The notes under the pieces were generated by a model. The model was given only the letters and a program-made list of their open reading frames with translations. It was not told the origin of the DNA and ran no database searches. The position numbers and the translations under genes are program-made. DNA of 64,000 bases from a virus, in IMG/VR virus record IMGVR_UViG_3300030107_000800, positions 1 through 64,000 of that record. One strand, 5' to 3'. Shown one piece after another: positions 21,707 through 32,500 of the stretch; position 1 is the stretch's first letter; each line of letters opens with the position of its first letter.

Positions 21707-23521
21707 TCAGAACTCGATAACTAGTTTGATATCTTCAATCTGGTCAGGAGCACGAGTAATTAGTCTTCTGTTCTCAATGTAGATCACATTACCTGAGTTA
21801 TTCTCAATCTCAGGAGTTGCAAGACCTGAAGCGAATGTAGAACCTAATAGTGAGTTACTATAACTAGTATCTACATTACCTGATCCAGCAGATTGTGCTC
21901 CACTAACAGCATTAGAACCATTACTCTCAAATGCTCTTACAACACCAGTATCAGTGTGAGCATCATTTGTTTGGATGTACTTAAGAACACCAGCAGTTGT
22001 TGAACCACTATCAAGTGTCCAAGAAACTACAGTTCCTTGTGCAGTACCACCTGTTACAGTTTGAGAGATTGTTTCATCAGGAATAAAGTCAGCAGTTGCT
22101 CCAGTAATCTTAAGTGCTTTTAGGCCACTAAGAGTATCAGCAGTAGCAAATGTTGTTGTTCCAAACTCATATGGATCCTGAATTATACCAATACGACGGA
22201 AATCGTTATCTACTGGGAAGTCTCCAGAACCTTCAGCATATGTTAGACGAATATTTGTCATAACACGCTTACCATTAAGTTCTGTCTCGTGGTCAGAACC
22301 ATGTCCACCTTGAGGTGAAATGATTGCTTCAATAGCACCAGTTGCAGTTGCACCAGTTGCTACACCACTAGAAAGTCCAGCATCACTGAATAGGTTACCA
22401 TTACCTAAAAGAACGTTAGCATAGGTATAACCTGTTCCAGCAGTCTGTATTTCAGCAGATGTAATAGATCCAGATCCATCAGTTACGAACTTAACAACTC
22501 CGTTAGATCCGTCTCCTTTAAGACCTGTATAAAGTGTCTGAGAAGCAGGGAGGTTTGCTCCAGCATTCTCGATTAAAGCTACATGTACAGCACCAGCAAC
22601 AGCAGCACCAGTTACGGCAGTACGAGTTGCATCAGCAGGAAGTACGATAGGCATGAAGTCAGAAGAAAGGAACTTCAGAACATCATCTGTTGGAATCGTG
22701 TACATATACTTCCAAATATATCCAGCACCAGTACTCTCTGTATAAAGACCTGTACCAGATGCATAGTTACCACCAGTTGTGGTAGGCTCTTCAGTAGCAT
22801 TCTGTCCTGTTGCGTTTGAAGGATCTTCTCCATTATAGAGACACTTGAATACTTCATATGAAGAGTTCATTACATAGAACTTGGCATCAGCAATAGATGT
22901 TGCACCAGTTGCAGTTGCTTTACCTATTTGACCACCACTACCAGGAGTAGCAGAATAGTCAGGCTTCCACATATCAAACTTAGGGTTGGCAACCAAATCC
23001 CAGTTATAACGACGGATTACTGTACGAGCATATGCATCGTTAATTCTCTTAGCTGCGATAATCTCATCATAGAGATTAACTTTTTCAGTTTGGTTGTCCA
23101 GTGGTAGAGGTGGCACATCCTCTGTTGCATAACGATAAACGCCTGAAACTGCTGTAGCACCTGTGTCAGATCCACCTGATCCACCAGTTCTACCTTTAAG
23201 AGTAGATCCTAGAGTAGGAGCAGAGTTAACACCAGATGCACCAAAGATGTCGGTAAGAAGAAGTGCATTGTCATAAACAACACTAATCGTTCCACGGAAC
23301 GCTGTTGATCCATACGTACCAACGTATACTTCATCTCCCACATTAAATGCAGTAGAATTTTTAGAGTGTATCTCTACATATGCCTTCCATGCTTGCGGAC
23401 GACCTACAAAGAAGTACATTCTTGTTCTTTCCGCAGAGGTGGCGTTAGGGCCTTCACTCAGGGATTCTAGGAACTGTTTCGCGTTGAATATCCTAAATTT
23501 ATCAGAAATAATAGCAGCCAT
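21707..23521 (-). CDS. gp8: Baseplate wedge subunit, T4 gp8-like (604 aa)
   Basis: FYVMNSSYEVFKCLYN, GYIWKYMYTI, NDFRRIGII.DP and C-terminal SGNVIYIENR..ITRAPDQIEDIKLVIEF. Confidence 0.9.
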   Translation of the reverse strand: MAAIISDKFRIFNAKQFLESLSEGPNATSAERTRMYFFVGRPQAWKAYVEIHSKNSTAFNVGDEVYVGTYGSTAFRGTISVVYDNALLLTDIFGASGVNSAPTLGSTLKGRTGGSGGSDTGATAVSGVYRYATEDVPPLPLDNQTEKVNLYDEIIAAKRINDAYARTVIRRYNWDLVANPKFDMWKPDYSATPGSGGQIGKATATGATSIADAKFYVMNSSYEVFKCLYNGEDPSNATGQNATEEPTTTGGNYASGTGLYTESTGAGYIWKYMYTIPTDDVLKFLSSDFMPIVLPADATRTAVTGAAVAGAVHVALIENAGANLPASQTLYTGLKGDGSNGVVKFVTDGSGSITSAEIQTAGTGYTYANVLLGNGNLFSDAGLSSGVATGATATGAIEAIISPQGGHGSDHETELNGKRVMTNIRLTYAEGSGDFPVDNDFRRIGIIQDPYEFGTTTFATADTLSGLKALKITGATADFIPDETISQTVTGGTAQGTVVSWTLDSGSTTAGVLKYIQTNDAHTDTGVVRAFESNGSNAVSGAQSAGSGNVDTSYSNSLLGSTFASGLATPEIENNSGNVIYIENRRLITRAPDQIEDIKLVIEF

Positions 23522-23551
23522 TTAATTTACCGACGTGTTTTGTGCCAAAGT

Positions 23552-23565
23552 TATTTATATTTATA
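23552..23565 (-). promoter_or_regulatory. Two overlapping perfect T4 late promoters (TATAAATA x2)
   Basis: tatttata at 23552-23559 and 23558-23565, upstream of gp8. Confidence 0.8.
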
Positions 23566-23569
23566 CAGA

Positions 23570-26500
23570 TTATGTGGGTTCAAACGGGATAATATCCTCT
23601 CCTGCATTAATAGAGTCAGGCCCAGAGAAGAGAGTGCATCCCTCAAAGGTTGTTGCAGTCTTACTTGTGTATTGAATTACAGTACCACCAGATGTAAATA
23701 TGTATCCAGCAGCAGGGAAGTTGTCAGTCATTGCTACAACTATAGGACCACCAATAGTACCAGTAGATTGAGATATTGCAACAGGATTTTGAATAGATCC
23801 ATTTACAATTCTCCAGTACTGGCCAGCAAGTGTCCACGCGGACAATCCTCTCATCTCAAAGTCTTGGATACCCAATGATGGATAATGTATATCCAATTCT
23901 TGTAGTGTTGTACCAGATACATTAGTGAATCCAACATCCCATCCAGAGATATCAAAATGATTCAATGTATTACCAACATTAGTAACAATATAGTCACCAA
24001 TATAGTCTTGTGTTTTTCCAAATACTAAGTTAGTAACATCAACTATTCCACCACCTCTTTGTACAACATCATAATCATCTGTAATATCTACAGATCCTGT
24101 ATGAACAGTACTAGTTGCAATTCCTCTTGTAGGAACTGGATCATTGATGAATGCTTCTTCAACATATTGATCAATAGCACCAGAAGCAGGTGGTGTTAAT
24201 ACAACTTCTGTTTGTGTTGTACCAGGACTTGCAATTGATTGAGTAATAGTGATCTCTGATAGTACATTTGTACTAATTGATACATCAAGTATCAAATCAG
24301 TCGTAGTAGTCTCAGAAGTAGACTCAATCTTAGCAACTCCAGCAGGTGCAACAGATATACGTTCTGGAACTTGACGTAAGAATGTTCCAGCAGCCCAGAA
24401 CTTAGCAGTCGTATCTTCTTGGCCTCTTTGAACCATATAGAAACGATCAGTCAACTTACGATAGTAACGAACTACCTCATCACCAATTAATAGATATCCA
24501 CTATTAGAGAATTTCCATGTATCTGGAATGTATATTACTTCATCAGCAATATCAGTATCAACGTTAGTATAAGCACCAACCTGATAGTAATTAATATTAT
24601 CTAATGAAGTATTATCAATATCAACAGTGAAGGAAGAAGTTATTTGCTTACTTACTGTTTGAATAGAGTTGAGAGATACAATATCCTGAATTGCAACATT
24701 AGCAATAGATGGTTGAGCACCACTACCTGCTGCACCACCAGACTCAATAACTAGAGGATCAGGTTCAATGAAAACAATTTGACTATTATCTGGTTGTTCA
24801 GTTCCAGCTGGCATATCAAATCCAGATTGTCCTTCTGCAATATTATCGGTATCAATCTGAATCTCTGCTTCAATATCAGGAGTAACTGATTTAGGACTCT
24901 CAAATGCTGTACTTGTGAAAGTAGAAATATTCTGAACCTGAGTACCAAGGATAGTAATATGTGCAGAAGATGTCTGAGTTTGAGAAACATCAACTTTAGT
25001 AACACCAATCCTTTGTGTAATAACAATACCAATATCTCTTTCAGCTAAGATGTCATATCTTCTTGCAACCACTACCTGTGGTGCTTCTGTATAACCAGAT
25101 CCACCATCAAGAAGATCAACACTAATAACTTGTCCTTTACTTACTAGAGCAGTTGCTCTAGCACCACCACCATTACCATTCTTAGGAATGAAATGTAGTA
25201 TGGGTGGTGTTTCATACTGATATGCAGTTGGTTGAGTTAAAGGATCATAACTACGTTGATTCCATTCTAACTTAGTAACAGATCCATTCTCAATAGTGGC
25301 CACTACTGAGAGTCCTTCACCTCTTGTAGTACCATTATATCTCTCAACTTCGACTTGACCAAAGTGTGATGTAGAAACTGGTTCACCAGCTCTCTGTTCT
25401 TTACTGGTTGTACTTCCAGGAAGTTTCTTAATTGCTCTGAATCCTTCCTCACCTTCAATTCTAATCTTATCTAAGTTAGAAATACCTATAAATGGTTGTC
25501 TATAATTCTTACCTAATAAAGTACCAGACCATATAGAGTTCAAATCTGATAGAACTGCTCTACCATCAACATCTGCTTCATATACTACACCTGAACCAGA
25601 TGAAGCAAGAGTAACAGATGTATTAATGTTATACTTTCCACCTACAGCAAATACAACAGGTAATGTTTGATCAATTTCTGCTTTTGGTCCTGTTGCTGTA
25701 AACCTGACCATATCATTAAGTCTAAAGAAATTAGAAGCAATACCAATAATTTTCTTTATTCCACCTACCTCTTGGTAAGCATGTACTGGTAATCCAATTG
25801 AATCTCCCATCCAACGGAATCTAAGAAGATCATCTGCTCCAGCAGTAGTTTCTAATGTTACAACACCTTTAGCATAGTAACTATCAGGGTTGAAATCATA
25901 TATGTTTAATACTTGACCGACATTTCTACCATATAGGTATCTCATGTCAATTTTTGTTGCACTATTGATAGGAACATTAAAGTATATGTTAGGCCCAGCA
26001 ACAGTATAACTATATCCCTCTCTTTGTAATATTCCATCAACAAATACATAGAGGAATTCTTTCTGTTCAATTGTTTGAACAGTCATATCCTCAACATCTA
26101 AGATAAGGAAAGGACCAGACTTAACATTATCAACTAAGTTATAGTCAATAGTTAAACGTTTATAGTTAGCAACACCAATACCACTAACTTTCTCAATAGC
26201 AGTTACTTCACCTAAAGTTTTTGCTCCAAGATCCTGATCACATATAGGAGCAACATCAAATATTATTTGGTTTGGTATTACAGATCTATTGATATAATAA
26301 GCATCAGCACCAGGATAAGTTTCAGTATACTTAGGTCTCTGTAATACTGCGTTAATAGTAAGGAATAGATCTTCATCTACTTCAGTATCTACTGCTGTAC
26401 TATCATCCCAATATAATTCAAATATCTTATTCTCTCCATCAATAAAGTCTGGAAGAGATCTAGTAGTAGAAACTTCATTAATTAAAGTATTAACATTAGC

Positions 26501-29500
26501 ATATAAAGAATCAACAGCAGATATAACATTGTCACATTCTTGTGCTGTTAATTGAGAATCAGCAATGATATTATAGTTACTATATGTTAACTTAGTAGTC
26601 CAATTACCAGACTTATTAATATTATCTTTTACAACCTCTATGATACCTGGCCCTTTAACAATAATTTCCTTAAAGGACTCAATCATTGTATCTACAGAAG
26701 ATATTACTTCAACACATGCTGGATTATTGGTATCAAATGCAATACTACCATCTGTTACAGGTGCAATAGCAGTATAAGTTCCTGTTGGAAGATTATTCCT
26801 TACAGTAAGAGTAATTTTATCTTTTAATGTATCCCATGCTTCAATAGCAGCAAGTCTTTCATCAGAAGTTCTGTTAAGACTTGTTAACTCTTGTCCACCA
26901 GGATATGTGCTAACTGTCCAATAACGTCTTGCATAATCAACAATCTTTTCATTACCACCAAATTTTAAATGATAGGTAATAGCATCTATCAAAAGACCAA
27001 TATCTCTAGAACATTTTGCTTTATCACCTGTTTGAAGACTAGTGTAAGTAGCATAAATGTATTCACTGATCTCTTCTTGAAGATATGCTTTATTAGAAGT
27101 AATTAGATTTGATGCATCTACATATTGACCATTATTAACAGCACTGAGAGTAAATGTTGCTATCTCTCCTCCTGTTGTAGCAGGTGCTACTGCAAATGTT
27201 TGTCCTTGTGGAACTTGTAATGTTTGTCCTTGTGGAACCTGAACTGTATTAGTTCCAGCAGTACCTGACTGACTACCAGATAATTGACTAATTCCAGCAG
27301 CAACACCAGTACCAGAAGTTAATAATGCATTGTTAGATAATGTTATCTTAGTTGATGTATCAATTGATACAATCTTAGTATTTGCAGGGAATGCTCTACC
27401 AGCACTGATATACATTCCAACAGCAAGATTATTAGTATCTCCAACTGTTACTTCTGCTGATCCTATTGCATAATCTACACTAATTTGATAATCCCAATTT
27501 CTAATAGCAAGACCTACTAAATTAGTAGCATATCTAAAGATATCAAGAGATTCAGTTTTATTAGATGTAATGTAATCATAGTCACTGCCTTGATTAAAGA
27601 GATTTACATAATCATAAGTTTTAACATTTCCACCAAATCTCAAATCATGTTCATAACCATCTATAATATATCCAATGTCTCTTTGATAATCATCTAACTT
27701 TGTACTCCAATCAAGTGAAGCATACTTAGACTTACCATAACCTACTGCTTCTGCAACTATAAATTCTCTATTCCTTTCAACCTGATTAGCAGCATCTAAC
27801 CATCTACCACCACGTTCAAATATATTTCTTATCTTCTTAAGATATTTTGTATTATACTGATTATCTACAAAGTAGAAAGTTCTACCATAGAAAGTAACTC
27901 CATTATATGCAGATCCTGCTTTTGTACCAGGACCAAGTGGAGGTTGTGCAAATACTATATTATCACCAGATACTGTGTATGCTTTTTCTGGTTCTTGAAG
28001 AACACCATCTAATGTAACAATTAGACTCTTAGCATTAACTGGTGTAAATGGAGTACCATTTTGATCTAATACTTGGAATGACTTTGTGCCAATTAGTTGA
28101 CCGTCATTATTGTATGTTCCATCAAATGCTCCATTAAGAGTAAATGTAAATGCACGAGTATTATTAAAGTTAAATTCAGAATTAGAAGCAGAACCAGATC
28201 CCTTACGAATTCTCTGACTTTCTACCTTCTGAGTTGTTACTGTTACTATTCTCTTAGTACTTTCAACTGTTATCTTATTCTTTTCTGGATCCCAAAGTTG
28301 AACAATAGTGAAATGAGCATCTTTTGGTTGTGATACAGGCATTGGTACTGCTGCATCACTTTCAATATCAACTTGTCCAAATAACTTAAATCCAGCAGGG
28401 TGTGTAGTAGACTTAATTAAGTCTCTCCACTGTTCTATTGAAGTCTTAGACTTAACAACATATGAATAATCCTGATAGAAATTACTATCAATAAGTTTCT
28501 GATTAGAAACACCTAATTTACCTTTATCAGACTTATAGTATCCTAGATTATCATAAAAACTTGTTATAGATTTATCAAAAGTAGTTACGAATACTGAAGT
28601 AATAGTTCCAGTGGCCTTAGATGTTATTCCTTCTATAGAATTGTTCTGTCTAAAGATACCAGTTATATTCTCTACTTTAAGAAGATTAGATCTCCATTCT
28701 GAAACTACTGCTCTTGCAACTTCATTTCCACCAATCTTCTGAATTAATGTTTCTCCTTTCTTAAAGGTTCCATTAAAGTTCTTAAGAACAAAAATACTCT
28801 TAGATGTAAACTTAGATGCTACAGTTTTATCTAAATGGAATGCTCCACCATTCTTAGTAATAGAAACACTCTGAGGAACACCAATAGATGAACTATTAAC
28901 ATAAGCATCTAAATCAGATTCTACTATTTCAATCTCAGGAGCAAAAGTATATCCTACACCAGGATAATCTATAGTAATAGAGAATATAGAACCATCTCTA
29001 ACTACAACATTAAATGTAGCATCTACACCATCACCATTAGTAATTACTATTTTAGGATTGATGTAATTAGATCCTTTATCACTAACATTAACACCTGTAA
29101 TAGTATTAGTAGTTGTATCAAATAATACAGTTGCTTTTGCTTTAAATTCTGAATTAGGATCACATCCTTCTATAATAGGAATTTTTTTATAATTAAGTCC
29201 TAGATTTATAATTTTAAATGAATCAATCTCACCAATAGCAAATTGGCCAGTTGTAGTATATGTTATTGTTCCTGACCCGTCCCAGAGAGGAGGATCGCCA
29301 ACCAAATCATATACAAAGCGATTGCTAGTAACATAGTTTACCTTCCTGACTCCTTGTAATGGGTCATCTACAATTTTTAAATATTTTCCTTCTGAATTTA
29401 CAATACCATTCTTGTCAAAGTAATAGTAATTTGCAAAATCAGTTCCTATCTTCTTATCGTAATTATTTGTTGCTAACCTAGATCCAAATCCAAACTTAAC

Positions 29501-32500
29501 ATCTGTATATGCTCCAAAGTTACCAGGAAGAACTGGAGAAGCAATCTTCTCAACAGTAATTAGATTATAACTTTTACTTGGACTAATATCAAAGTAAGTC
29601 CCAACGAGACTAGAATGAGACGTATCAAATCTATACTTGTAATACTCTTGTATATCAATATTGATGTTTGGTACATATGTACTATCATCTTCTGAGAATT
29701 CAAATTTGTATTCTACTGGTTCTATAGAAGATATTGATACTGTTCTTCTAGGAAGACTAAAATCAAAGAAAGTTGAATTAATAGTTACATCTTGAGCATT
29801 TGATTTCTCAATAGCATAATCAAATATAATACCTACTTGTTGAGTAGTAGGATCATATGACTGAATATATCCAGTACCTGCACCAGTAAAGATTTGATAG
29901 TTACTAGGGAAATTATATTGTGGTTTATAAAGTATTACTTCTTGAGTATTGAAATGATCAGCATCAACTGTACCTTCTTGGCCTCTATCAACATTCAATG
30001 AATCAGTTGTTATAGAAACAACCTTTAATACTTCATCACCAACTTTTACTAAATCATTCTTGCAGAACCCAGTGACATCCTTGATTTTCAGAGATGTCTG
30101 TCCAGCAGCAAATCCTACATGATCAACATATATTGTTAATCTCTGACTACTTAATGATCCACCAGATCTTACAAGACTCTCATCTGCAACACTTAAATAA
30201 TCTCCTTTTCTATAATCAGATCCACTATCTTGAATTGTAACATTTGATACAATACCAGCATTAGAGACTGTAATACTAGCAGTAGCACCAGTACCACTAC
30301 CACCAGTTAAAGGAACATTATTATAAGTGTTAGCAGTATAATCTGCACCACCATTTAATATTTGAAATCTTCCAATTCCAGTATCATCAATAGTACTCTT
30401 ATTGGATGGTGCTTTAAGAACTATATTCTGATAAAGACGTTTTCTTACATACCATGTCTTAAGTTTTGTAGCATCATCTGGAATAATATCAACAGTTACT
30501 TCATCACCAATACCTAGGCCATGACTAGATGCTGTCTCTATAAGAGCAACACTTTGATTAACAATAAATGGTTCTAAATTATCACTTAAAGAAGTTAAAG
30601 TAATAATTCTAGATCCTGATGTATTAAAAAGATTAGAAGATTGTAAGAAATAGGTATCATCAACAATCCATGTTCCTGTAAGAACTTTAATCTTTAATGT
30701 ATTTTGCTGAGTAGTACCTTCTAAAATTTCAGCAGTAGCAATAGGTGCATTTACACCATCAGTTAGACTTAGAATAGCACCTTCTGTATAAGAACTGTCT
30801 TGATCAATTATTAAAGAGAAGGTCTTAATATCAGCAGAGAATGTTCCTGTATTATCAAACGTTCCATTAACATTCTTAAGAACTATAACATTATCGCTTG
30901 CAACATTTCCTACTATTTCACCATAAGCACTTGAAGATGGTTGTCTTAATGTATCATTAGCAAACAAATATGCAGTCTGAATTGTTGTTAATTTAACAAC
31001 CTTATTTTCCTTAGATTGTAGATAACTAACATCTTTACCTTTAACAGAGGATATTATAGATTCTGCTTCTGATCCTTCTGTTCCTCTATTATCGAAATAA
31101 ACTTTTGAATTGACTGAGAAGTTAGCAGATGATCTATCTACAGAGATAGAATCTACTGTTCCAGATTTAACTTCTGATATTGTAGCAATAACTCCTTCAC
31201 CATTTCTAGGCATACCAGCAGTATAAAGTCTCTTAGCATCTTTAGGAATATCATCCTGAGTGATATTAGAGTTGTAATTACTATCTACTGGTAATGAATA
31301 GAAGTTCTCACCTATGATATATGGATATTGCGGTATTTGATTGCTATCAATAGTAAGGAAATAAGCATAAGTTCCTTCTGGAAAGTCTGGGGTAATACAA
31401 AATCTTCCATTGTTTTGATCTAGAGTTCCACTTTTATGATTGTAAACAAAATCATTAGTGAATGATCCTAGAGGCCATTGTCCCTCATCAGGTCCAGCAG
31501 TACGTTGACCAACTATAGAATAACTAGAAGCCATCCTAATAATAGATGATGTTGCATCTAGTGGGTCTTCATATCCAAATGCACCATATATGGGGTTACC
31601 ATCATAAGCAAAACCTATGATAGGTGAATGTGTCTTAGTTGCTGGTTCAGTACCTGCACCATTTAAGTTGTCATTTAAGGCCACCCTAAGTGATTTGGGG
31701 TTACCTACATGAGCATATCCATAATCAAAAACATTATTGAAGTTTTGGAAAACATAACCATTATCAGTATCTAAGGAAAGTTTAGTAAACCTATTCTTAT
31801 TCCACTCTTTCAATAAAGGAATACCAGTAGCACCTTCACCAACAGGTATAATATCTACAACAACTGTATTTTGATTATAGAAATTACCCTCATCAATCTT
31901 TTCAAAATCTGTTATCTTACCATCTGTAAGAAGAGCTTTGTATTCAGCGAACCTTCCTCTACCAGCATTATCTCTAATTCTAACAGTTGGTGGAGAAGAA
32001 TAGTATTCACCAGCATTATCAATAACAAGACTGGTTACTTTAGCACCAGTAACGATAGCACGAACTTCTGCTCTTCTACCAGAGGTAATTAATATCTCTG
32101 GTGTGGTTGGGAATGTATCAGTTGTGTCTACAATAATACTTTCAACTACATTTCCAGAAAGGACTGCTCTTGCCTTATCTCTAACACCATCTACAAGAAC
32201 ATATGGTGGACTAGCATATCCCCTTCCTTGAGTGTTAACTTTAATTTCTTCTAGTTTACCGTAACGTATGCTTTCTTCATCCTTGAAACCGTAGGCCAGG
32301 ACACCGTTTAGAAGGACTCCAATATCACGTTTTGGAGTTGGGTAAACTTCTGTTGTTCTAGTTGCTTGTTTCCTAATAATACGAAGCAACTTCTGATCTT
32401 GTACTGGTTCACTTATAGTAGGACCATCTAATATCTTATATGATGGAAAACCAGAACTTGAGACATAATAATATTGCTCATCTTCAAATAATGCGGATAC